From positions 1,579-65,578 of the forward strand of contig CATLPG010000007.1 in NCBI GenBank assembly GCA_950054195.1: 64,000 nt of DNA, written 5' to 3'. A program made the translations under genes and the position numbers. This DNA comes from an uncultured Saccharospirillaceae bacterium. Lineage in GTDB: Bacteria; Bacteroidota; Bacteroidia; Flavobacteriales_D; CAJJDF01. Positions 47,208-56,793 of this stretch are shown one piece after another (the first letter of the stretch is position 1; each line of letters begins with the position of its first letter). Under the pieces are notes generated by a model. The model was not told where the DNA came from. It ran no database searches and saw nothing but the letters and a program-made list of their open reading frames with translations.

Positions 47208-48617
47208 TTAAGAATTAAAAACCTTCCCCGGATTTAAAATACCTTTAGGATCAAAGAGGGTTTTTATGCCTTTCATCAGGTTAAGTGAGGTGTCGGTAAA
47301 CGCAATATCCATGTATTCTTTTTGGACATAGCCAATGCCGTGTTCTCCTGAGAGTGTGCCTCCAAGTGAAACGGTAAGTTCAAAAATTTCTCTAATGGCT
47401 TTTGGTAATTCGTTTTTCCATGCGTTATCATCTAAACTCCCTTTAATTATGTTGACGTGTAAGTTCCCATCACCAGCATGTCCGTAACATACCGATTGAA
47501 ACCCATAGCGACTACCGATTTCTTTAACACCTTTCAATAGAGTAGGGAGTTCATACCTTGGAACAACCGTATCTTCTTCTTTGTATATCGAGTTAGACTT
47601 AACAGCTTCACCAATTCTTCTTCGCATGCGCCACAAATTATCTTTTTGTGCTTCAGTATCGGCAAATAAAATCTCACTACAATCAAATTGTTCTAAAACT
47701 TCCGCTACTTTTTCACATTGCTTGTAAATGACATCTAAATCATCTCCATCAATTTCAATTAAAAGATGGGCTTGGATGTTATCTGGAATATCTAATGTTA
47801 CTTCAGTGTCAGATTTCAACATCCAATCAATGGCATCTCGCTCCATAAACTCTAATGCAGAAGGAGTAATGCCAGCTCTAAAAATAGCAGAAACAGCTTC
47901 GCAGGCTTTTGCAGCTTCATAAAACGGAGCTAACATGACTACATTTTTTGGAGGGTAGGGAATAAGCTTCAATACAATTTTTGTAACGATTCCTAATGTC
48001 CCCTCACTACCAACCATGAGTTGCGTGAGGTTATAGCCTGTAGAGTTCTTTAGTGTATTAGCACCAGTCCATACAATTTCTCCATTAGGTAAAACGACTT
48101 CTAAATTTAAAACCCAATCTTTGGTAACACCATATTTTACAGCTCTTGGTCCGCCAGCATTTTCAGCAATATTTCCTCCAATAAAACAACTTCCTCGACT
48201 GGATGGATCACAGGCATAATAGAGTCCTTTTTCAATGACTGCCTCTTGAAGTACTTGGGTAATTACACCAGGTTCAGTTATTACTTGTTGGTTTTTCTCA
48301 TCGATGGAGATAATCTGGTTCATGCGCTTTAACCCTAAAGCCACTCCACCATGAATGGATAAAGCACCTCCACTTAAACCAGTTTGAGCACCAACAGGTG
48401 TTACAGGAATAAGTTTTTCGTTACAATAAGCGACTATTTTGGCTATTTCCTCTGTCTGTCTAGGTAAAATAACTACCTCAGGAGGAAATGAAAAGTCCTC
48501 TGTTTGATCGTGTCCAAAAGCATCTGTTGAGGCTGCATCTGTTAATACATATTCCTCTCCAACAATTGATTGGAAAAAAGAAACATCTGATTGGTCTATT
48601 TTTTTATAATCTACCAT
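47208..48617 (-). CDS. FAD-binding oxidoreductase (GlcD / D-lactate dehydrogenase family)
   Basis: FAD_binding_4-type motifs (PVGAQTGLSGGA, GTLGIVT) and C-terminal GEHGIG...DP.GILNPGK. Confidence 0.85.
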   Translation of the reverse strand: MVDYKKIDQSDVSFFQSIVGEEYVLTDAASTDAFGHDQTEDFSFPPEVVILPRQTEEIAKIVAYCNEKLIPVTPVGAQTGLSGGALSIHGGVALGLKRMNQIISIDEKNQQVITEPGVITQVLQEAVIEKGLYYACDPSSRGSCFIGGNIAENAGGPRAVKYGVTKDWVLNLEVVLPNGEIVWTGANTLKNSTGYNLTQLMVGSEGTLGIVTKIVLKLIPYPPKNVVMLAPFYEAAKACEAVSAIFRAGITPSALEFMERDAIDWMLKSDTEVTLDIPDNIQAHLLIEIDGDDLDVIYKQCEKVAEVLEQFDCSEILFADTEAQKDNLWRMRRRIGEAVKSNSIYKEEDTVVPRYELPTLLKGVKEIGSRYGFQSVCYGHAGDGNLHVNIIKGSLDDNAWKNELPKAIREIFELTVSLGGTLSGEHGIGYVQKEYMDIAFTDTSLNLMKGIKTLFDPKGILNPGKVFNS

Positions 48618-49678
48618 CTAATTAATGCAGATCCCCAAGTAAAGCCACTTCCAAAGGCTGCTAAACAAACCAAGTCGCCTTCTTTTATTTTACCAGCTTC
48701 CCATGCTTCGCATAAAGCGATTGGAATGGATGCAGCTGTGGTGTTACCATATTTTTGGATATTATTAAACACTTGATCGTCTGATAAGCCTAATGTTTTT
48801 TGAACAAACTGACTAATACGAATATTGGCTTGGTGAGGAATAAGCATATCAATGTTTTCTTTTGCCAACCCTTGATCTTCTAATGCCTCAATAATTACTT
48901 CTGGAAATTTTTTTACGGCCATTTTAAATACGTTTTGACCGTGCATATATGGGTAGCATAATCCATCTTTCACCATTTTTTCAGTAACATAAGGAACTCC
49001 CCATTCTTGACTTGCTTCTTCGTATCCGTATTTCTCTATGTTTTCTTCATCCCAATGTCCGCCATGGAAACCTGGGTTAATGATTGCTAATTCTTCAGCA
49101 TCTGATCCATCAGAATGTAACTTAGTGGTTAAGATTTTTCTGTTTTTACCGTCAGCAGGTTGAACCACTACTGCACCAGCACCATCACCAAATATAACAG
49201 ATACTCCTCTTCCTCTGGTTGTAAAATCTAAACCTCCAGAGTGCACTTCAGATCCAACAACTAGAATGTTTTTATACATGCCAGATTTAATGAATTGATC
49301 AGCAATAGATAAAGAGTAAATAAAGCCAGAACATTGGTTTCTTATGTCTAATGCTCCTATTTCTGTTTTTGAAATACCAAGCTCTCTTTGTAAAAGTACA
49401 CCACATCCAGGGAAGTAATAGTCAGGACTCAAAGTAGCGTAGATGATAAAGTCAATATCTTCTTTGTTTATTCCTGCTCGTTCAATAGCAACTCTTGAAG
49501 CTTTTGCAGCTAATATAGTATTGTTTTCTTCGTGTTTAGTAACGTATCTTCTTTCTTTGATACCTGTTCTTTCTTGGATCCACTCATCAGAAGTTTCCAT
49601 GTAACGAGCTAGGTCTTCATTTTTCACTACATTTTTAGGAACATAGTACCCAATTCCAGCTATTTTACTGTTTTTCAT
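48611..49678 (-). CDS. fabH: Beta-ketoacyl-ACP synthase III family protein
   Basis: Active-site Cys in NQCSGF, with HQAN and GNTTAASIP motifs. It is slightly longer than canonical FabH. Overlaps the downstream gene by 7 nt. Confidence 0.8.
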   Translation of the reverse strand: MKNSKIAGIGYYVPKNVVKNEDLARYMETSDEWIQERTGIKERRYVTKHEENNTILAAKASRVAIERAGINKEDIDFIIYATLSPDYYFPGCGVLLQRELGISKTEIGALDIRNQCSGFIYSLSIADQFIKSGMYKNILVVGSEVHSGGLDFTTRGRGVSVIFGDGAGAVVVQPADGKNRKILTTKLHSDGSDAEELAIINPGFHGGHWDEENIEKYGYEEASQEWGVPYVTEKMVKDGLCYPYMHGQNVFKMAVKKFPEVIIEALEDQGLAKENIDMLIPHQANIRISQFVQKTLGLSDDQVFNNIQKYGNTTAASIPIALCEAWEAGKIKEGDLVCLAAFGSGFTWGSALIRW

Positions 49679-49756
49679 TTGATTTAATAATAAAATTCGG
49701 TATTAAACAGCCTAAATATAATACTAATTATTCTTATAACATTTGTATATTTATTC

Positions 49757-52700
49757 TTGTCTATGGAGATCAAAAGATTAGTCTATATCGCTTTATTATT
49801 CTTGATTATTAGTGTAAATGCTCATGCTCAGGGATACACGTTCATTGAAAATAAAGGTCAATGGGCTGATCAAGTATTTGCTAAAGCAGAAATTGAAGGA
49901 GGCTATATTTACTTCGAAAAAGATGAAATAACTTATGATTTTTATGATCATGAAGAATTTGAAAGGTATGTAGATGCTCATCACCACAAAGAGTCGAAGA
50001 AACCCTTTGATCGCTTAAAGTGTCATAGCTATAAAGTACAATTATTAGGAGGTAATCTTCAAAATTTCAAGAAGGACGATCAAACAGAAGTTTACTATAA
50101 CTACTTCCTAGGAGATGAGCCTTCGAATTGGGGGAGTAAAGCTTATGGATATAAAAAGGCAACCTATTCAAATGTTTATAAAGGTATCAATCTAGTTTAT
50201 TATACCTCGAACGATGGAAAATTAAAATATGATTTTATCATTTCTCCAACTGGTAATCCCAAAAATATCAAACTTTTATATAAAGGTATTGACGATATAA
50301 AGCTTCGAAAAGGGAAGTTAATAATTAATACATCTGTTAATCAGGTTGTGGAACAAAAGCCTTTTGCTTACCAGCTAATAAACGGTGAAAAAAGAGAGGT
50401 TACTTGTAATTATGTGTTAGAAGGGAATAACTTATCATTTGAATTGCCTAATGGCTATGATAAAACGAAAGAATTAATTATTGATCCAACATTAGAATTT
50501 TCAACTTATTCGGGGTCTTTTTCTAATAATTTTGGATATACAGCAACGTTTGATCGCTATGGTTTCTTGTATTCTGGAAGTACTGCTTTTGGTAGTTCTT
50601 ACCCAACAACAACAGGTGCTTATGATATAAGTTTTAATGGAGGGATCGTAGATGTCGCTATATCCAAATATGATACTACTGGAACGTTCATGATATACTC
50701 AACCTATGTTGGAGGAGATAATGATGAGTTGCCTCACAGTATGATTGTTAATTCCAACAATGAAATTTTCGTTTACGGAACCACAAGTTCTATGAATTGG
50801 CCAACGACAGCAGGAGCTTATGATAATACATTTAATGGCGGTACACCAACTAATCTTCAAAATGGTTTAGGAGTTAATTTTACAAATGGGGCTGATATGT
50901 TTGTGTTTCGATTGAGCCAAGCAGGAGATGCCTTACAGGCCAGTACTTTAATAGGAGGAACACAAAACGATGGACTCAATTTCACCCCAACAGTTGATAT
51001 CAGGTACAATTATGCAGATGAAGTTAGAGGAGAGATAGAAATCGATAGCGATAATAATATTTATATAGTCAGTTGTACCCGTTCGGATGATTTTCCTGTC
51101 ACGGCTGGGGCGTTTCAACAAGCATATGGTGGTGGAGAACTTGACGGATGTGTTTTTAAGATGGATAATCAGTTAACTACGTTAATATGGAGCTCATTCA
51201 TTGGAGGAAGTGCTAATGATGCAGCATATTCGTTAGCCTTAAGTTCAACAGATGACCCTTACATTACGGGCGGTACGGTTTCAACAGATTTTTTTACTAC
51301 TCCAGGTGTTTTGCAGCCTACTTATCAAGGTGGTAGGAGTGATGCATTTGTTTCGTTGATTGATAAATCTGGAAGTTCAATTATCTACTCTTCTTATTAT
51401 GGTTCTAGTGATTACGATCAAAGCTATTTTATTGAATTAGATAGGAATAACAACGTTCATTTATTTGGTCAAACAGAACATACGGGAGGTCAATTTATAG
51501 TTAATGCTGCTTATTCAACACCTAGCAGTGGTCAATTTGTAACCAACTTAACTCCTGAGCTAGATGCAATCACATGGTCAACTGTTTTTGGGTCGGGTGG
51601 AGGAGCTCCTAATATTTCTCCTACGGCATTTCTTGTAGATGTGTGTAATAAAATTTATTTGTCTGGTTGGGGTGGAGCAACGAATCAATTTGCTACCCAG
51701 AACAATGCAATTACCACCAACGGTATGGATATTACTGCTGATGCGTATCAATCTACTACTGATGGGAGTGATTTTTACTTAATGGTATTGGAGGCTGATG
51801 CAAGTAATATTGTTTATGGGTCTTATTTTGGGGGTAACATCAGTGATGAGCACGTGGATGGGGGAACGAGTCGATTTGATAGAAACGGTAAAATGTATCA
51901 ATCTGTTTGTGCTGGTTGTGGCGGAAACGATGATTTCCCTATTGAACCAAACCCTGGGGCGGTTTCAGCTGTGAATAATAACAGTTGTAATAATGGTGTT
52001 TTTAAATTTGACTTTCTTTTACCTATAACGATTGCAGATTTTGATGCTACGCCTGTAGTTTGTTTTCCTGATACTACGTATTTTACCAACCTTAGTTTAA
52101 GAGGAACATCCTTTGAATGGGATTTTGGAGATGGAGCTACTTCTACTTTGCGCGATCCTAAACATCAGTATACTGCTCAAGGAGTGTATGATGTTACATT
52201 AGTCGTTTCGGATACAACTTCGTGTAATTTGGCTGATACGATTCAAAAACAAGTTACTGTTTTGGCTTCATCGAGTTTTAGTTTAGGAGCTGATAGTATT
52301 TGTGCAGAGCAAAATGTTCAAATAGGTACTGCTCCAACTGGTGTGCCTGGAATTACCTATAATTGGACACCAGGAAATACATTGAGTGATAGTACGGTTT
52401 CTAACCCCATTGCTTTTCCTAGTCAAACAACAGATTATGTATTACTTATTTCTAATGGAACGTGTACAGATACAGTTTATCAAACGGTTCAGGTAACTAA
52501 TGTTGAGCTAACAGGAGCTAATGATTTATTCTTTTGCGAAGCAAGTGATACAACGTTATTGGTAAGTTCAAATGGAACTACCCAAACGTATGAATGGTCA
52601 ACTGACCCAAATTTTGGAACTGTTTTAAATCCACCAGCAGATTCTAGTTTATTTGTTTCAGTAAATAGTGATACAACGTTTTATGTGAGGGCTTTGACTA

Positions 52701-53509
52701 ATGGTTGTGAAGCACGAGATACTATTGATATTACTGTTGGAGGTGGAGGTCTTCAAATTGCAGGCCCAGTAGGGCTATGTATTGGAGATACTGTAACCAT
52801 AGAAACAATAACAACTTTGCCAGGTCCCTTAACTTATGATTGGTCACCAGACTTAGAAATTATATCAGGAGAAGGTACTAACGAGATTATTACAGCTCCA
52901 AATGCTTCAACTTGGTATGGAGTTGAGGTAACGGGAGCAAATGGATGTGTATTAAGAGATTCAATTTATATCTATGTTTCTCCATTACCAATTTTAGGAG
53001 TTGAAGCTACCTCTGATTTGGATACAATTGTAAAGGGAGGAGCTGTGGCTATTCATGCTTCACCTGATGGCTATCAGTATAGTTGGTCTCCATCAAACAC
53101 ACTTTCTAGTGGTACAAGTAAAGATCCTGTGGCATCTCCTGATGAAACGACTACTTATACAGTAACTATAACTGATACAGGATGTGTTCGAACAGCAAGC
53201 GTAACAATATACTTAAGAGATGTGATTTGTGGTCCGCCAGATTTATACTTACCGAATGCGTTTACTCCAGATGGAGATGGGAGTAATGATGAATTATTAG
53301 TGAGAGGTAACAACATAGCAGAACTTAAATTTTCTGTATTCCACCGATGGGGCGAGAAAGTTTTTGAAACTACTGATCAAACAAAAGGATGGGACGGTAC
53401 ATTTAAAGGACGTCCTGCTGATCCAGCCGTTTTTGTATACCACTTAGAAGTCACTTGTGTTGGACAGGAAACTTATTTTGAAAAAGGAAACGTAACACTG
53501 ATTAGGTAA
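49757..53509 (+). CDS. Large T9SS type-B cargo protein: beta-propeller-like N-terminal region, PKD domain, four Ig-like modules, gliding-motility-associated C-terminal domain
   Basis: Signal peptide, with a possible true start at ATG 49763. PKD motif WDFGDGATS...H.Y...G.Y.V.L. Four modules of pattern Y.W.P...L......P....T.Y.V. The C-terminus LPNAFTPDGDGSNDELLVRG...GWDGTFKGRPADPAVFVYHLEV is the type-B sorting domain. Confidence 0.85.
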   Translation: MSMEIKRLVYIALLFLIISVNAHAQGYTFIENKGQWADQVFAKAEIEGGYIYFEKDEITYDFYDHEEFERYVDAHHHKESKKPFDRLKCHSYKVQLLGGNLQNFKKDDQTEVYYNYFLGDEPSNWGSKAYGYKKATYSNVYKGINLVYYTSNDGKLKYDFIISPTGNPKNIKLLYKGIDDIKLRKGKLIINTSVNQVVEQKPFAYQLINGEKREVTCNYVLEGNNLSFELPNGYDKTKELIIDPTLEFSTYSGSFSNNFGYTATFDRYGFLYSGSTAFGSSYPTTTGAYDISFNGGIVDVAISKYDTTGTFMIYSTYVGGDNDELPHSMIVNSNNEIFVYGTTSSMNWPTTAGAYDNTFNGGTPTNLQNGLGVNFTNGADMFVFRLSQAGDALQASTLIGGTQNDGLNFTPTVDIRYNYADEVRGEIEIDSDNNIYIVSCTRSDDFPVTAGAFQQAYGGGELDGCVFKMDNQLTTLIWSSFIGGSANDAAYSLALSSTDDPYITGGTVSTDFFTTPGVLQPTYQGGRSDAFVSLIDKSGSSIIYSSYYGSSDYDQSYFIELDRNNNVHLFGQTEHTGGQFIVNAAYSTPSSGQFVTNLTPELDAITWSTVFGSGGGAPNISPTAFLVDVCNKIYLSGWGGATNQFATQNNAITTNGMDITADAYQSTTDGSDFYLMVLEADASNIVYGSYFGGNISDEHVDGGTSRFDRNGKMYQSVCAGCGGNDDFPIEPNPGAVSAVNNNSCNNGVFKFDFLLPITIADFDATPVVCFPDTTYFTNLSLRGTSFEWDFGDGATSTLRDPKHQYTAQGVYDVTLVVSDTTSCNLADTIQKQVTVLASSSFSLGADSICAEQNVQIGTAPTGVPGITYNWTPGNTLSDSTVSNPIAFPSQTTDYVLLISNGTCTDTVYQTVQVTNVELTGANDLFFCEASDTTLLVSSNGTTQTYEWSTDPNFGTVLNPPADSSLFVSVNSDTTFYVRALTNGCEARDTIDITVGGGGLQIAGPVGLCIGDTVTIETITTLPGPLTYDWSPDLEIISGEGTNEIITAPNASTWYGVEVTGANGCVLRDSIYIYVSPLPILGVEATSDLDTIVKGGAVAIHASPDGYQYSWSPSNTLSSGTSKDPVASPDETTTYTVTITDTGCVRTASVTIYLRDVICGPPDLYLPNAFTPDGDGSNDELLVRGNNIAELKFSVFHRWGEKVFETTDQTKGWDGTFKGRPADPAVFVYHLEVTCVGQETYFEKGNVTLIR

Positions 53510-54226
53510 TTATCTGTAGGCTTCATATAAAATAACCAAGCCATCAGCAAAACTATCAACATTTATAGTAAAGCCATTACTGTTGAAAGAAGTTAAAATA
53601 GCAGAAGTTCTTCCTAGGTTATCACCGTTTTGATTAGCATAACGAATACCAATGCAGTGTGAACTTGAAGCATACCTAGAAATATCATTAATAGAATTTC
53701 CATTACCTCCTCCACAAATGACTTGCTGTGATATGATTGGATTATCATTTCTAGCAAATCCTTTCATATAGCCAAAACTATTAGCTATAGTGTTATTATT
53801 GTTTCCTACACCATTATCAGAATTTAAATTATAACTTTCAACATTTGCATAACCAACGAAAGTTACTTGAGATGGTCTAAACGGTAACCCTGTAATAGTT
53901 TGAGATCCAAGACCAGTTATTAGAAACTTACCAACATAAACTCTAGGGCCAGCAACAGTAGTTTTTTTTAAGTCTACAGAATCTCCATCTTCGAGATAGA
54001 TAATCTCGTTTATAGTATCTAAAAAAAGCTTTTGATTGTCAGTGATTTTACCTAACCTTCCGTTTGTGATACCAATTCTATAATCCTCTCTTATGGTATC
54101 CAGGTACATATTTCCTTCATTGGCGGTCCTGGTGTTATTTATATTTTCCAATTGTGTAGAGTCAAAATATTGCCCCATATTAATAGTGGAAATAAACAAA
54201 AAAACTATGAAGAAGATTGATTTCAT
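53510..54226 (-). CDS. Secreted hypothetical protein, tandem paralog B (tail-fibre-like N-terminal motifs, unknown C-terminal domain)
   Basis: Has a signal peptide. About three quarters of residues are identical to the upstream ORF. Motifs are EGNMYLDT..DYRIG, DNQKLFLDTINEIIYLEDGDSVDL, PFRPSQVTFVGYANVES and CGGGNG.SINDISRYASSSHC. Confidence 0.65.
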   Translation of the reverse strand: MKSIFFIVFLFISTINMGQYFDSTQLENINNTRTANEGNMYLDTIREDYRIGITNGRLGKITDNQKLFLDTINEIIYLEDGDSVDLKKTTVAGPRVYVGKFLITGLGSQTITGLPFRPSQVTFVGYANVESYNLNSDNGVGNNNNTIANSFGYMKGFARNDNPIISQQVICGGGNGNSINDISRYASSSHCIGIRYANQNGDNLGRTSAILTSFNSNGFTINVDSFADGLVILYEAYR

Positions 54227-54952
54227 CTATCTATGTGCTTCATATAATATTACTAAACCATCAACAAAGCTATCCACGTTTATTGTAAAGCCATTTGAGT
54301 TAAAAGAAGTCAATGTTGCAGATGTAATACCCAAGTTATCACCATTGTTATTTGCATACCTTATTGCTATGCAATGACTACTAGAAGCGTATCGAGATAT
54401 GTCATTGATAGAACTTCCGTTACCTCCTCCACAAATAACTTGCTCGCTGATTGATCCCCCATCGTTTCTTGCATACCCTTTCATGTAACCAAAACTATTA
54501 GCAATGGTATTGTTATTGTTTCCTACACCATTATCTGAGCTCAAATTGTAGCTTTCAACATTTGCAAAACCAACAAAAGTAATTGAGCTTGGGCGGAAAG
54601 GAAGGCTGCTTATAGTAATATTTCCAGATGAAGTTATTTGAAATTTCCCTGCATAAAATATAGGGCCTGCTACAGAAGATTTCTTAAGGTCTACGGAGTC
54701 TCCATCTTCTAAATAAATAATATCATTAATCGTATCTAGCGAAAGCTTTTGATCATCCGTAACCTTCCCTAATTTGCGGTTCGTTAAGCCAATTCGGTAA
54801 TCTAACTTATTTGTATCAAGATAAAGATCTCCCTCGTTGGCTTGTCTGTTTGTGTTGATAGTTTCAATTTGGGTACTATCAAAATATTGGGTATGAACAC
54901 CAGTGTAAGAGAAAATAAAAACTAAAAATAAATGGAGTACTAATGATTTCAT
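54227..54952 (-). CDS. Secreted hypothetical protein, tandem paralog A
   Basis: Has a signal peptide. Its stop TAG directly abuts the ATG of the next paralog. The motif set matches 53510..54226. Confidence 0.65.
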   Translation of the reverse strand: MKSLVLHLFLVFIFSYTGVHTQYFDSTQIETINTNRQANEGDLYLDTNKLDYRIGLTNRKLGKVTDDQKLSLDTINDIIYLEDGDSVDLKKSSVAGPIFYAGKFQITSSGNITISSLPFRPSSITFVGFANVESYNLSSDNGVGNNNNTIANSFGYMKGYARNDGGSISEQVICGGGNGSSINDISRYASSSHCIAIRYANNNGDNLGITSATLTSFNSNGFTINVDSFVDGLVILYEAHR

Positions 54953-54955
54953 TTT

Positions 54956-56215
54956 TTAAGTTTTTCTCTTTTTCTTTTTAGCAGCAGGGAATAAAATATT
55001 ATTTAATATTAAACGATAGCCAGGAGAGTTTGGGTGTAAGTTTAAATCTGTGGGAGGATCTCCAACAAAATGTTGGTAATCTTCTGGATCATGACCACCA
55101 TAAAATGTCCACTGTCCTTTTCCAAGTGTACCGTGAATATATCGAACAGTACCTAAAGCTTTACTTTCTCCCATCACAGTAACATCCGATTTTATGAGGT
55201 TTTTCTTAAAATCAGTTGTTTGCCCCATAAAACCTTTGATTACATTTACATGGTTTTGACAAAGCATCGTAGGGACGATATCCCACTTAGCTGAAAATTC
55301 AAACAAGCTAAATACATCTTGGTTTTCAGGTAAACGATGCAATGTAGTTCCATCAATGTCTGAAAACTCATACTCCATAGGGTTTGTTCTTAAAGTGAAA
55401 TTTTTAAAGGCAAACGTATTGTTGTAGTTTAACTTTTCCTGAGCCTTTCGATCCATAGGGTCTCCATCAAACATGGATTCACAGATATCTACATTTTGAG
55501 CAGATAAAGCAATGTCATAAGAATCAGTCCCAGAACACATCGTGAATAAAAAACCTCCACCTGCTACAAACTCCTTGATTTTTAATGCTACACCTAACTT
55601 AAGTTCAGAAACTTTTTCAAACCCTAAGCTTTTTGCACTTGCTTCACTTTCTCTTTGTTGCCTTTGATACCAAGGAGCATTACGGTAACTTCTATAAAAT
55701 TTTCCATATTGACCAGTAAAATCTTCATGATGAAGATGCAACCAGTCATATTTTGGTAAAGCCATGTTAATAACTGCTGAATCATAAATAATGTCGTAAG
55801 GGATTTCTGCATAGGTTAAAACCATCGTTACGGCATCATCCCAAGGCATTTTACCATCAGGAGAGTAAACGGCTATCTTGGGTGATTTTTCTAATTTAAC
55901 AACATCTTGATTTACTTCTGGATCTGCAATTTTTTGCTTGATATTGGCAGCTTGAACATCTGCTATGATCTCATAAGACACACCTCTAATGGTAAGTTCT
56001 TTCTCAATATCTTTATAATATTGTATCAAAAAGCTACCACCTCGATAATTAAGTAACCACTCAATTTCAATATCATTTTGAAGTACCCAATACGCAATTC
56101 CATATGCTTTAAGGTGATTCTTCTGATTTTCCTCATCCATGGGGATCAAAATATGCGATCCTTGGACACAAACCGAAGTAAATAAGAATAAGTATATTAG
56201 TAGTTGTCTGTACAT
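54956..56215 (-). CDS. Secreted conserved hypothetical protein, possibly class-I glutamine-amidotransferase-like (ThuA/DJ-1-like) fold; I recall relatives often being annotated 'asparagine synthetase B'
   Basis: Has a signal peptide. PKIAVYSP...PWDDAV...YDWLHLHHEDFTGQ and the candidate nucleophile elbow GGGFLFTMCSGT are present. The C-terminus is a basic tail, AAKKKKRKT. The fold call is an inference. Confidence 0.5.
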   Translation of the reverse strand: MYRQLLIYLFLFTSVCVQGSHILIPMDEENQKNHLKAYGIAYWVLQNDIEIEWLLNYRGGSFLIQYYKDIEKELTIRGVSYEIIADVQAANIKQKIADPEVNQDVVKLEKSPKIAVYSPDGKMPWDDAVTMVLTYAEIPYDIIYDSAVINMALPKYDWLHLHHEDFTGQYGKFYRSYRNAPWYQRQQRESEASAKSLGFEKVSELKLGVALKIKEFVAGGGFLFTMCSGTDSYDIALSAQNVDICESMFDGDPMDRKAQEKLNYNNTFAFKNFTLRTNPMEYEFSDIDGTTLHRLPENQDVFSLFEFSAKWDIVPTMLCQNHVNVIKGFMGQTTDFKKNLIKSDVTVMGESKALGTVRYIHGTLGKGQWTFYGGHDPEDYQHFVGDPPTDLNLHPNSPGYRLILNNILFPAAKKKKRKT

Positions 56216-56307
56216 AATTAAAAATAGTAATTTCTTATATAGGAAACGAAAAATTAGTAAACGGATTGTCTCTTTCTATGTTAAGAATATTTAAAAAAAG
56301 ACGTAAG

Positions 56308-56793
56308 ATGAAAAAGTGTTTTTTAATAATGATTTATCTCCTGTTAGTAAATTCTTTGGTTGGGCAAGAAGACAGTGGTAAGGTTGTGCAAATAGATAAT
56401 CCTAATTATGACCATCAATTAGCTGATAGTTTAGGGGCTGATGATTATGGGATGAAAAGCTATTTTTTAGTGATACTTATAACAGGAAAATCTACAATCA
56501 GCGACAAAGAGAAAGTGAACGAAAGTTTTAGATCTCATATGGATAATATCAATAAATTAGTTGAGCAGAATAAATTGATTGTAGCTGGACCACTAGAAAA
56601 AAATGATAATGGATATAGGGGGATTTTCATTTTCACAGATGTCGAATCTAAAGAAGAGGTCGATGTTTTATTGAAAAATGATGGTGCTATTCAAAATGGC
56701 TTACTGGATTATGAAACTATCAAGTGGTATGGCTCAGCAGCTTTGCCAACTTATTTACCTAATTCGGATAAGATTTGGAAGGTGGAGCCTTAA
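56308..56793 (+). CDS. YciI-like (dimeric alpha-beta barrel) family protein with N-terminal signal peptide
   Basis: YFLVILITGKS...HMDNINKLVEQNKLIVAGPL...GIFIF...SKEEVDVLLKNDGAIQNGLLDYETIKWYG fits the YciI pattern. The track ORF begins at a TTG at 56266. I prefer ATG 56308 (MKKCFLIMIYLLL). Confidence 0.65.
   Translation: MKKCFLIMIYLLLVNSLVGQEDSGKVVQIDNPNYDHQLADSLGADDYGMKSYFLVILITGKSTISDKEKVNESFRSHMDNINKLVEQNKLIVAGPLEKNDNGYRGIFIFTDVESKEEVDVLLKNDGAIQNGLLDYETIKWYGSAALPTYLPNSDKIWKVEP

Noticed and set aside
53510-54952. Diversity-generating retroelement or recent gene conversion between the two 240-aa paralogs
   Set aside because: The window has no reverse transcriptase and no template-repeat. 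Differences are spread over all base types and along the whole length, which fits old duplication.
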